A stretch of DNA of 39,756 nucleotides from a virus (Duplodnaviria > Caudoviricetes). The notes beneath the pieces were generated by a model. That model was not told the DNA's origin and made no database searches. It saw nothing but the letters and a program-made list of their open reading frames with translations. Every line of letters starts with the position of its first letter. The stretch's first letter is position 1. Positions 1-7,449 of the stretch are shown here, in pieces. A program made the translations under genes and the position numbers. The DNA lies in IMG/VR virus record IMGVR_UViG_3300039305_000009, positions 1 through 39,756 of that record; one strand, 5' to 3'.

Positions 1-198
1 TCACTGAGCATTGCCATCCTCCTTGCCTTCCGCCGACTGAGGCAGCAACGGCACAACAATCCATGCCCGCGGGTAGTTGATGATTTCGGCTTCGATGCCG
101 GCCGAGCACAATCGGTCAAGCTCCGCGAGGGCTCTGGCCGCGCCGCACTGCGATCCCAGGATGTCGGCCGTCATGTGTGCTAGTTCTTCGTCGCTCAT
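1..198 (-). CDS. hypothetical phage early protein (65 aa)
   Basis: ATG at 198 overlaps upstream stop (ATGA) and follows a GGAG RBS; MSDEELAH... Confidence 0.65.
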   Translation of the reverse strand: MSDEELAHMTADILGSQCGAARALAELDRLCSAGIEAEIINYPRAWIVVPLLPQSAEGKEDGNAQ

Positions 199-416
199 CG
201 CTGCTCCTTGTCCTTCTGGATGCCGTGGGCGGCTTCGGGATAGCTCTCGTAGTAGGCGTGCGCCAACTCGGCCCCGTCTACTACGTAGCGCACGCAGGCT
301 TGCTCCATTGCGTCCGTCAACGGGCACCCGCGTGTGATGTGTTCAGTCCGAACCCATCCCACTGCAGCAGACAGCGCTTCTGAGGAGCCGAGCGGGAGCC
401 ATAGAAAATTGCTCAT
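195..416 (-). CDS. hypothetical phage early protein (73 aa)
   Basis: ATGA coupling at both ends; MSNFLWLP... Confidence 0.65.
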   Translation of the reverse strand: MSNFLWLPLGSSEALSAAVGWVRTEHITRGCPLTDAMEQACVRYVVDGAELAHAYYESYPEAAHGIQKDKEQR

Positions 417-757
417 GGCTGCTCTCCTGGTGCTGCTGGTAGGGGATGTGCCGGTTGATGGCGAAGGGAGCGGAGGGCGGAGAGGGCTTCTTGCTGCGCG
501 GCCTTCTCGGCGTTCGTGAATACAGCCCAGCCCGCGAATTGCGCTTGCACCAGCGCATCCTCTACCTTCTCCAGCACTTCCTCCCTGGCTGCTGGGAGGG
601 GAGCTGCTTCCACTGCATCGGGACGGCGGCTCTCGCAGAGAACGGAGCAGATCGACTGCCATGCCTTGGCGCCGGAGTGCTGGGCGTTCTGGAAGGTGAA
701 TGGCTGGTCGCACACCTCGCACACAGCGTCGTAGCCTTTAGGCGCCTGCTTATCCAT
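413..757 (-). CDS. hypothetical protein with CxxC and CxxxC motifs (114 aa)
   Basis: AGGGAGGGA RBS; MDKQAPKGYDAVCEVC...CSVLC. Confidence 0.7.
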   Translation of the reverse strand: MDKQAPKGYDAVCEVCDQPFTFQNAQHSGAKAWQSICSVLCESRRPDAVEAAPLPAAREEVLEKVEDALVQAQFAGWAVFTNAEKAAQQEALSALRSLRHQPAHPLPAAPGEQP

Positions 758-980
758 GCTTCCCTCCCTTGTCTTGCCCGCTTGCAGGGGCGCTCCCGGT
801 GGCGCCGGTGGTGAACAGATGCTTGTTGCTTTCGGTGATCGGATACCAGTAAGAGCCGTGTTTGAGGCGCACGGCACGGCACCATGGGCACTCACGTTCG
901 TCTTCAAAACGTCGGGACGAGTTGCATAGCGCGCATGTGTCGGCCCACCGGCTGCCGTCGCGCGTTGTCATAACGCTCAT
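750..980 (-). CDS. small putative Zn-binding protein (76 aa)
   Basis: CALC and CPWC motifs; overlaps both neighbours. Confidence 0.7.
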   Translation of the reverse strand: MSVMTTRDGSRWADTCALCNSSRRFEDERECPWCRAVRLKHGSYWYPITESNKHLFTTGATGSAPASGQDKGGKHG

Positions 981-2482
981 CCCTCACCTCCGCTCTGGCT
1001 TGCAGGGGCAGCAGGGAGGGTGGCGCTCATTGTCTTGTCGATGGCGCTACGCCACTCGTCCAGCGAGGGGTAGTCGCCGTTGATGACGCGAAGCTCAAGC
1101 TCCAGCAGGGGCGCAGGGTCGCCATCTTTGTTCCGTCCTGTGAAGTAAGCCGCGAATCGCGCAGCATCCCGCGCTTCTTCTGCTCCTGCCTCGCCAGGCC
1201 GGACCAGTGCGCGCCACCACCGAAGCTCGGACATCACGGGGTGGCGATCCTCTGCGGTGTCCATGAAGCATGTATTGCCGCCTACCGAGGTCGATTCCAT
1301 GGCGTTGAAGCAGCCTGGATAGCCCGCCGAGTTGATGCCGATGAACACGGTCTCGCCGTCACAAGGCGGCATGCCGTCCTGCTCGACGTTGCGCCATCCT
1401 GCCTCGGGCTGTGCGGCCGGGAGGGGTGCGGCGACAAGCAAGGTTGCGCCTTCTTCCTGATACTCGGCCGCTGCCGCATAGAGGCCCGGCCCGCTGTGCC
1501 CATCGCCATAGAGCAGGCGCACTGGCGCCACGTCATCCTCGGTGCCGAGCATGGTGCGCAGGGTGTCCGCCGCCTCGCCTTCGAGGGTCACGTCCATCAG
1601 CGTCAGGAGCTTGCCGCTCGGCTCCCTCCCTTCCAGCAGCGGTGCTGCTGGTGCTACTGCGGATAGGAGGGTGCGGATCGCGGCGATCAGGGTTTCCTCG
1701 GCCTCGATGGCCTTGGAGTACGCCTCGCGCGATGCGCCAGCACCGCTGTCATCCCGGATCGCGCTGCGGAGCCTCCACACCATGCGGATGATTTCCGGCT
1801 CATCGCTCGCCTTGACGGGTCCAGCAGGCGCACCAGCAGGAGCGGCGGGCTGGGCGGCTTTGAGCGCGGGGCATGCGGTGGCGCACTTGCGGAAGGTGCA
1901 TTCCTCGTCCGTCCCAGCGGTGCAACCCGTGCGGTCCTGTGCATCAGGTACAGAAGCACTGGCAGGGGAAGGGGTGGAGGCGACGCGGACGGCCTCTTGC
2001 AACTCCAACCACACCGGAACGCTCATCGGTGCGCCCATTTCTTCGCGATGTGCGATGACCGCACGGGCCGCATCGACGAGCCGGGGCATCGCTGGTGATG
2101 CGGCGGCAGCAAGCTCGGCGGCTGCGTGGCGGGCGTCACGGCGGTTCCAGTCAGCGATGGCTTCAGCTTGGGAGCCGCGCTGCGGTCCGCAGATTGAGCA
2201 CTCCGAGCCGCAACACTGGACGCCGAAGCTGTCCCTCCCATGCTCGTCGGGGGCGTTGAACACCCGCAGATTCGCAGACCCGCAGAAAGGGCACGGCTGG
2301 ATCGCCGCATGCAGGTCTGCCTGAAGCGGTGCTGCTGCTACTGAGGGTGGGTTGGCGGCGAGGAGCGCATCGAGAGCCGCAAGCTCATCCGCGTAGCGGC
2401 CCGGGTGCTCCGGGTACAGCTTGCTTTCCGCGTTCGCTGTAGCCAGTGCTTCGCGGACCTGGCGCTGGGGGGATGTGGTCAT
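977..2482 (-). CDS. mosaic early protein containing a Lar-family restriction-alleviation Zn-ribbon domain (501 aa)
   Basis: PCPFCGS...VQC...C..CGP...EAIADWNRR Lar signature; Ala/Pro-rich linkers between modules. Confidence 0.8.
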   Translation of the reverse strand: MTTSPQRQVREALATANAESKLYPEHPGRYADELAALDALLAANPPSVAAAPLQADLHAAIQPCPFCGSANLRVFNAPDEHGRDSFGVQCCGSECSICGPQRGSQAEAIADWNRRDARHAAAELAAAASPAMPRLVDAARAVIAHREEMGAPMSVPVWLELQEAVRVASTPSPASASVPDAQDRTGCTAGTDEECTFRKCATACPALKAAQPAAPAGAPAGPVKASDEPEIIRMVWRLRSAIRDDSGAGASREAYSKAIEAEETLIAAIRTLLSAVAPAAPLLEGREPSGKLLTLMDVTLEGEAADTLRTMLGTEDDVAPVRLLYGDGHSGPGLYAAAAEYQEEGATLLVAAPLPAAQPEAGWRNVEQDGMPPCDGETVFIGINSAGYPGCFNAMESTSVGGNTCFMDTAEDRHPVMSELRWWRALVRPGEAGAEEARDAARFAAYFTGRNKDGDPAPLLELELRVINGDYPSLDEWRSAIDKTMSATLPAAPASQSGGEG

Positions 2483-2494
2483 TACGCTGCCTCC

Positions 2495-2782
2495 TCAGTC
2501 ATTTCCAACTTCTGCGCGCTGCTTGTCGATCGCCAGAAGGTGCCGCTCGCTGTCCCGCAGGGACCGGTACAGCTTGCGAATCCGCTTGTTGTCCAGGGGC
2601 TTGTGCACGCTGTTCGTGTCCAGCCCGCGGATAGCTCCAAGCAGCTCCGAGTGCAGCGATTCCGCCGCTTCCCTGAAGCGCTTGGCGTGCAGGTTCCGCT
2701 CGATCCGCAGCACCCGCATGCGCCCGTGAGCCAGCAGCTCCTCCTGGCTGTACGCGGCCGTGTAGTCCATGACGTCCGACAT
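2495..2782 (-). CDS. hypothetical helical protein (95 aa)
   Basis: Protein-like composition; overlapped by two alternative frames (see findings). Confidence 0.55.
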   Translation of the reverse strand: MSDVMDYTAAYSQEELLAHGRMRVLRIERNLHAKRFREAAESLHSELLGAIRGLDTNSVHKPLDNKRIRKLYRSLRDSERHLLAIDKQRAEVGND

Positions 2783-2891
2783 TGGTGCAGGTGTGGCACC
2801 ACGATGCGAGCCGAGGCTTTCGCCCCGCCTGCCGCAGCACGGCGAACCGGCTGTCTGGCAGGTATGACCCGCATCGCGTGCACAGCTTCAT
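2499..2891 (-). CDS. ORF starting with a Zn-finger (KxCTxC...SWCxxC); C-terminal part doubtful
   Basis: MKLCTRCGSYLPDSRF...SWCHTC resembles N-terminal Zn fingers of phage HNH-type proteins; starts 3 nt after the SSB stop. Confidence 0.4.
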   Translation of the reverse strand: MKLCTRCGSYLPDSRFAVLRQAGRKPRLASWCHTCTNVGRHGLHGRVQPGGAAGSRAHAGAADRAEPARQALQGSGGIAALGAAWSYPRAGHEQRAQAPGQQADSQAVPVPAGQRAAPSGDRQAARRSWK

Positions 2892-2894
2892 GGG

Positions 2895-3551
2895 TCAAAA
2901 CGGGATGTCGTCGTCCATGTCATCGAAGCCGGAGCCGCCTCCCGCCATCGCCGGCTCGCGGTGCTTCGTGCCCATGACCTGTGCCCACTCCGGGCTGCGC
3001 TTGATCGCCTCCTGCAGCTTGTCGTGGAAGGTGGCGAACACCTCCATGTCGGGCTCGTCCAGGTTGAACACCACGTTGTCATGCACCGGGGCGGGCTTGG
3101 CGTTCTTGAGCGCAGCCGGGAGGGGCGTGAGGCCGGCGACGTTGCTGTACGTCTTGCCATTCGTCTCGCTGGTGGTCACGTTGACCATGCCCCACACGCC
3201 CAGCAGCTTGGACACGTCGAAAGCCTTGGCTTCTTCCTCGGTGAAGTCCTTGCCGCGCCAGGCTGCCAGGTCTTTTCGGAGGGCCGATTTCTCGTGCAGG
3301 CTGACCGTGTAGCTCTTGCTGATCGTCAGCGGCATCTTCTTGCCGTCGATCTCCACCTCCAGCGGGGCGCCGGATTCGTCCTCGCCGAACAGCTCCCAGC
3401 CGATGCGGATCTTGTGCTGCAGCTTCGTGCCGAACTGACCAGACGTTTCCTGCGTGCCCAGGTCGATCAGGGAATAGCAACGGCCGATGTGGACTCCTGC
3501 GGGGACTCGCTTGAAGTTGCCGCCGCCGCTGTCTTTTGCGATGAAACCCAT
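2895..3551 (-). CDS. phage ssDNA-binding protein, NGO0469-like family
   Basis: PAGVHIGRCYSLIDLGTQ and SLHEKSALRKDLAAWRG motifs; acidic SSB-type tail DDMDDDIPF. Confidence 0.8.
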   Translation of the reverse strand: MGFIAKDSGGGNFKRVPAGVHIGRCYSLIDLGTQETSGQFGTKLQHKIRIGWELFGEDESGAPLEVEIDGKKMPLTISKSYTVSLHEKSALRKDLAAWRGKDFTEEEAKAFDVSKLLGVWGMVNVTTSETNGKTYSNVAGLTPLPAALKNAKPAPVHDNVVFNLDEPDMEVFATFHDKLQEAIKRSPEWAQVMGTKHREPAMAGGGSGFDDMDDDIPF

Positions 3552-3673
3552 GGTGCTTTCTTCCTTCCGAACATGCCGGCGTCACGGGTGCCGGCAGACC
3601 CATTGGTGTTCTGTTCCTCAAGCCACTGCTGATGCAGCTCTTGCTCGTGTTGCTGCCAGAAGTCGGCCGCCAT
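3467..3673 (-). CDS. small hypothetical protein
   Basis: TGATG coupling to upstream ORF; 3' end overlaps the SSB gene. Confidence 0.45.
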   Translation of the reverse strand: MAADFWQQHEQELHQQWLEEQNTNGSAGTRDAGMFGRKKAPWVSSQKTAAAATSSESPQESTSAVAIP

Positions 3674-3834
3674 CAGGCGCTCCAGTACGCCGCCGTCAGC
3701 GCCATGAAGATCACAGCGGCCACAAAGAAGGCAACAATTGCCTTGTCCTGAGCGGCTTCGGCGGTGAAGTCCTGGTGGTCAGGGTCGAAGTCATCGGCCC
3801 AGAACTGCTGGCAGGCGCGTTCGTAGGCGTCCAT
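3673..3834 (-). CDS. small membrane protein (53 aa; not in ORF track)
   Basis: MDAYERACQQFWADDF...AIVAFFVAAVIFMALTAAYWSA; TGATG coupling at both ends; C-terminal hydrophobic helix. Confidence 0.65.
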   Translation of the reverse strand: MDAYERACQQFWADDFDPDHQDFTAEAAQDKAIVAFFVAAVIFMALTAAYWSA

Positions 3835-3965
3835 CAGCGCACTCCCAGCTCCGCCAGGCGGCGGGCGATGTAGGCCACGTCAGGGTGCATGGGGTCGATC
3901 TCGACCGAGGCGCGCTTGTAGTAGAGGCGCAGCCATGCGTGCCAGAGGGGGAGGAGGGACTTCAT
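3834..3965 (-). CDS. small hypothetical protein (43 aa; not in ORF track)
   Basis: MKSLLPLWHAWLRLYYKRASVEIDPMHPDVAYIARRLAELGVR; translationally coupled at both ends. Confidence 0.6.
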   Translation of the reverse strand: MKSLLPLWHAWLRLYYKRASVEIDPMHPDVAYIARRLAELGVR

Positions 3966-4231
3966 GCCGCAGCCCTCGCACGCCTCATCTTCGTGATGAC
4001 CCCGCGCAGCGCGTTGACGCTGCCGACCAGGCGCTTGGCCGCCGCCTTCTCCTGCTCGTACCAGCGCCGGTACATGTCGCGATCCCGGACAAGCTGGTCG
4101 TGGTTCTTGGCCATCATCTCCGTGGCGTCGGCGATCCGTTGCAGGCAGCCCAGCTGGAGCTCTTCAGTTGAGGCCGCCCCATTCAGCCGGTGCCAGTCCT
4201 TGCGCGACTCGGCGCGAAAGTTCTCGCTCAT
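3962..4231 (-). CDS. hypothetical coiled-coil protein (89 aa)
   Basis: GGGGAG RBS; LQLGCLQRIADATE motif; ATGA overlap. Confidence 0.75.
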   Translation of the reverse strand: MSENFRAESRKDWHRLNGAASTEELQLGCLQRIADATEMMAKNHDQLVRDRDMYRRWYEQEKAAAKRLVGSVNALRGVITKMRRARAAA

Positions 4232-4232
4232 C

Positions 4233-4499
4233 TCACTCCCCCTTCCCAAAGGAACCCGCCTGTTCCAGCACTGAGTGCTGGGGTGATGCGGGATAGGTGC
4301 GCAGGATTTCGCGGGCTTCGGCGTTGGCCTCGGCTTCGAGCTGAGCGAACGTGCGCGGCTCTTCGTCGTTGGCCGACAGGCGCGCATCTGCTCCCATCAA
4401 CTTGACGTGACAGGTGCGCGAGACGCGAGGCTTGCGCTCCAGGCCTACTGCCCGTGCGAAGTCCTGGGCCAGCTTGTGGTCTGCAGGGGTGAGGTTCAT
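4233..4499 (-). CDS. hypothetical protein (88 aa)
   Basis: Coupled ORF in the early operon. Confidence 0.65.
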   Translation of the reverse strand: MNLTPADHKLAQDFARAVGLERKPRVSRTCHVKLMGADARLSANDEEPRTFAQLEAEANAEAREILRTYPASPQHSVLEQAGSFGKGE

Positions 4500-4786
4500 G
4501 ACCGACCCTCTGCCTTGGAGATCGCCCGCCGCACCAGCTGTTCAGCGTGCTGGCGAGCGCCCTCCGTGTCGTGCTCACCCTCCAGAACTGGAAGAGCGAC
4601 TCTCAGCGCAATCAGCATGTCCTGCGCGGCACCGCGGATGCGCTCATGCATGGCGATGGCATCCTGTGCGAAAGCTCGGCTGACGTCGCTTTGTGCGTCT
4701 CCGTATGCGAACCACCCATGCTTCTCGTTCAGGCTATGGACCTGATCCGGAGTGAGATAGGGCGCGTGCTGCACGGCGCCGCTCAT
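4496..4786 (-). CDS. hypothetical protein (96 aa)
   Basis: AAxDMLxAL...RRAISKAEG tail typical of phage early proteins. Confidence 0.75.
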   Translation of the reverse strand: MSGAVQHAPYLTPDQVHSLNEKHGWFAYGDAQSDVSRAFAQDAIAMHERIRGAAQDMLIALRVALPVLEGEHDTEGARQHAEQLVRRAISKAEGRS

Positions 4787-5025
4787 GCCTTCCTCGCTTT
4801 CAGCATCTCGTCGGCCAGCTTGTAGGCTGCTTCCGCGATGTGATGAGCGCGGACTCCCTTGGACAGGTCCGGCGTCGTGTTAACGATCAATCCCTGCATC
4901 GCCTTGGCTGCGAAGTAGTCGCGAAGAAGCATCCCGTGATGCGCGGTGATGCTGATTCCGCCATGCAGGTGCTCGGTGGGGCGCGCCGGGAACGCCGGTC
5001 CGCCGTCGTCACGTTCAGTGGTCAT
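4783..5025 (-). CDS. conserved phage protein (GGPAFP...LRDYFAAKAMQG family)
   Basis: Recognisable motif GGPAFP...GMxLRDYFAAKAMQG...AYxxADxMLxAR. Confidence 0.85.
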   Translation of the reverse strand: MTTERDDGGPAFPARPTEHLHGGISITAHHGMLLRDYFAAKAMQGLIVNTTPDLSKGVRAHHIAEAAYKLADEMLKARKA

Positions 5026-5300
5026 TGCTTCACCGCCTCATACCGCAGGTAGTCGCTGGTCGTGTCCAGCGCCTCCTCGGCAATCCCGGCCTGCTCGGTG
5101 TGGCTCCAGTTGCTGCGGCCGATCCTGGCGGACAGGATGGCCATCAGTTCTGCGGCCAGACGTTCCGTGAACATCCAGTTCGGCAGGGAGTTGATGCACT
5201 CGCGGGCTGGCCGAATCAGCGCCAAGCCGGCCTCGTAGTGCTGTTCCTGCAGCTGCTCGTCCAGCTCGCGTGCGCTTTCTTCGGAAAGGACAGCGCTCAT
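5022..5300 (-). CDS. hypothetical protein (92 aa)
   Basis: ATGA overlaps at both ends. Confidence 0.7.
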   Translation of the reverse strand: MSAVLSEESARELDEQLQEQHYEAGLALIRPARECINSLPNWMFTERLAAELMAILSARIGRSNWSHTEQAGIAEEALDTTSDYLRYEAVKQ

Positions 5301-5572
5301 GCTTCAACTCCAGCTTTGGCGAGAGCGGCGCGGGCGATGTGCTCAATGCTCTCGCGCGTCAAGCGCCGGTCGGTGCATTGCCGTAGCGCTCCCACCAACT
5401 CATCGTGCGCGTTGCAGCGCTGGACAATCAGGGAGGCCTGCTCGGGCGTCTCACAACGGCAAACGACGTTGCCGGCCGCGTCCTCGATGAACACCTTGGG
5501 ATAGGTCGGTGCGACTGACGCGACGCGCCAAGCCGGCGTGATCTTCACTTCTTCCATCTCTCCGGGCTCCAT
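5297..5572 (-). CDS. hypothetical protein (about 91 aa)
   Basis: AAGGAG RBS; IVxxCNAHDELVxAL...ARAALAKA motif. Confidence 0.7.
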   Translation of the reverse strand: MEPGEMEEVKITPAWRVASVAPTYPKVFIEDAAGNVVCRCETPEQASLIVQRCNAHDELVGALRQCTDRRLTRESIEHIARAALAKAGVEA

Positions 5573-5582
5573 GGAGGGCTCC

Positions 5583-5876
5583 TTAGGCGGCGCAGCCGGC
5601 AGCAAGGGCGGCTTCGATCTGTTGGAGCAGAGCTCGGTACGCGGAGCGTTCGCCCGCGGTGGCGTCCACAGCCTGGGGGTCGATGTAGAACCGGCAGTCG
5701 GCAGCGATCTCGCGCGCCGCCAGTTCGCCGACTTCGATCTCCGGTTGGTCGTAGTCGATCGACGCCAGAGCCGGAACCACGTCACCGATGCACCGAACCG
5801 CCCACTCGTTGCGGATGGCTGCGCTCAACTTCAGGCGCACCTTCCGGCTTCCATCTTCTGCACAGGCCATCTGCAT
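5583..5876 (-). CDS. first gene of the leftward early operon, hypothetical (97 aa)
   Basis: GGAGAG-rich RBS region before ATG at 5876; protein-like composition. Confidence 0.65.
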   Translation of the reverse strand: MQMACAEDGSRKVRLKLSAAIRNEWAVRCIGDVVPALASIDYDQPEIEVGELAAREIAADCRFYIDPQAVDATAGERSAYRALLQQIEAALAAGCAA

Positions 5877-5879
5877 CTC

Positions 5880-6090
5880 TCCATCTCTCCCGCCCAAGGG
5901 GAGGTCATCGGGTTGAACCGTTGGAGAGAGAGCAGGTAGGTGGAGGCCGGGCTTGATTCCGGCTGTTGGCAACTCTGTCGCGGTCTAAGGTTGCCGCCCT
6001 CGGGCTCGCTCACGCCGTCGCGCTTAGCCCTATTGCTGCGTGTCCTTCCACGCCGCTCCACCTATCTGCTCTCTTCCATCTCTCCCGCCC
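5880..6090. repeat. 16-bp direct repeat TCCATCTCTCCCGCCC at 5880-5895 and 6075-6090
   Basis: Exact match; a shorter copy CCATCTCTCC lies at 5554-5563. Confidence 0.85.
5922..6078 (-). ncRNA. tRNA-like cloverleaf RNA element in the pL leader
   Basis: ~23-bp closing stem (5922-5945 with 6056-6078) enclosing four hairpins, including GCGTG-GAAGGA-CACGC and GCCGG-AATCAAGC-CCGGC. Confidence 0.7.
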
Positions 6091-6111
6091 GGGAGGGGCG
6101 GTGTGGGATGG

Positions 6112-6155
6112 AGTATGGGCTAACCAATATTGGTGCGTCAATGAGTCGGCCAATA
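6112..6155 (-). promoter_or_regulatory. pL promoter with three OL operators
   Basis: TTGACG (6141-6136)-N18-CATACT (6117-6112); TATTGG-N4-CCAATA-like palindromes at 6114-6129, 6128-6143 and 6140-6155. Confidence 0.75.
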
Positions 6156-6209
6156 TTTGTTCTGAATGCCGAGGCTCAGCCGATAGGTGGTGTCTATCGT
6201 GCGGGGCGT

Positions 6210-6235
6210 AAAAAAGCCGCCTCAGGGGCGGCTTT
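6210..6235 (-). terminator. intrinsic terminator of the cI operon
   Basis: GCCGCC/GGCGGC hairpin followed by T6 on the minus strand. Confidence 0.85.
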
Positions 6236-6255
6236 CGAAAGGGGTGTTGGCGCTT

Positions 6256-6627
6256 TCAGTAGCAGTTCGTAGTGACCTGGTTCCCGATTCGCTGCGACGT
6301 GCAGTTCACCGAACGCGCCGGCTGCACGGGCGCCGGCATCGGGAGTTGGTAGGGCTGCGGCTTCGTCGCCTGCATCATCTGCAGACTCAAAGCGGCCCGC
6401 GCGGCGTCATTCTGCTGCTGCGCCTGGATCATGGGTAGGTGCGGGCTGCAGTCCAGCCGGCGGCGATAAGCCTCCTCGGAAGCTACCGCGCGCACAGTCT
6501 GGTCGCCTCGCACCATCGCGCTGCAAATGTCGAAGTCGGGGGACTGCGCGGCCATCGTCCGCAGCTGCTCGACTGACACGCAGCCAGACAATGCGACTGC
6601 CGCGCAAGTCACGAACGTCAGTCTCAT
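6256..6627 (-). CDS. lipoprotein in the immunity operon; superinfection-exclusion candidate
   Basis: Signal peptide with lipobox LSGC; AAGGA RBS; downstream of cI. Confidence 0.75.
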   Translation of the reverse strand: MRLTFVTCAAVALSGCVSVEQLRTMAAQSPDFDICSAMVRGDQTVRAVASEEAYRRRLDCSPHLPMIQAQQQNDAARAALSLQMMQATKPQPYQLPMPAPVQPARSVNCTSQRIGNQVTTNCY

Positions 6628-6671
6628 GGAGTTCCTTTCAGTCAAAACCCACGAAACCGCGTGGGCCGGTA

Positions 6672-6953
6672 CTACCCCGATTTGCGGAAGCCATCCGGCG
6701 GGAAGGTGGCGCCCCCGGACTCTTCTTCGAGCAGCTCCAGCAGCCTCGCCTTCGTCTGCACGACAGCCACCAAGGCGTGCTCAGGACTGCGCAGGTAGGT
6801 GCCGGCCAGGCCTATCACTGGCGCGCGCCGCCCTTCGATTTCGGCAGAGAACTGGAAGCCCTTTAACTTCCCCATCTCAGCCAAGCTGAAGAGCGTCAGG
6901 GCGGCCTCACGAACGTCTCTTCCCCGGTACGCGTTTAGGTCGATCAACTGCAT
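6672..6953 (-). CDS. hypothetical protein co-transcribed with cI (93 aa)
   Basis: Overlaps the cI 3' end; protein-like composition. Confidence 0.7.
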   Translation of the reverse strand: MQLIDLNAYRGRDVREAALTLFSLAEMGKLKGFQFSAEIEGRRAPVIGLAGTYLRSPEHALVAVVQTKARLLELLEEESGGATFPPDGFRKSG

Positions 6954-7428
6954 TGGGAGTCCCTGATTTGCGGATTCCGGTCGATCGCTCTAGATGGCGG
7001 ATCAACTCGTCCGTAATCCTATTCTCACGGTGCTCCGGATCGTCTTTACCCACATCCGAGGAATCCCTCGTAAGCGATTCACCTACAACGGCATTTTTCC
7101 TGAGGGCTAGTTGTTCACAGACCTCAATTGCGGCCTCCAGGCGCCCCTCGATGTAGTCGCGATCACGCGCGCTTAGAGCTAGGAATCGCTCCACGGGGAT
7201 GCGTGCGAACGGCCATGCAGCGTTCCGTCCAGTCATCACGTATTCGGCCGTCGTCCCCAGAGCCTTGGCGATCCTGACAAGGGAATCACCCTTGGGGATG
7301 GCGTTCTTGTTCTCCAGCCCCGAGAGCGTCGATTGATCCAGGCTGGCCTCCGACTGCAGGTCTTCCTGCGTCCAGCCAAGGGCCTTGCGCAGGCGGCGTA
7401 CGCGCTGGCCGTGAGTCTCCTCTTCCAT
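6907..7428 (-). CDS. cI: CI-like XRE-family repressor without an S24 peptidase domain (173 aa)
   Basis: HTH GQRVRRLRKALGWTQEDL...QSTLSGLE; divergent from cro; no RBS, probably leaderless. Confidence 0.85.
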   Translation of the reverse strand: MEEETHGQRVRRLRKALGWTQEDLQSEASLDQSTLSGLENKNAIPKGDSLVRIAKALGTTAEYVMTGRNAAWPFARIPVERFLALSARDRDYIEGRLEAAIEVCEQLALRKNAVVGESLTRDSSDVGKDDPEHRENRITDELIRHLERSTGIRKSGTPNAVDRPKRVPGKRRS

Positions 7429-7449
7429 GCAATGGATGGTGCCAGCGCG

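Noticed and set aside
1-198. Excisionase
   Set aside because: Position is suggestive, but no recognisable HTH or AlpA-like pattern
5922-6078. Canonical tRNA gene
   Set aside because: No TTCRA T-loop, no 7-nt anticodon loop and no CCA; reported only as tRNA-like
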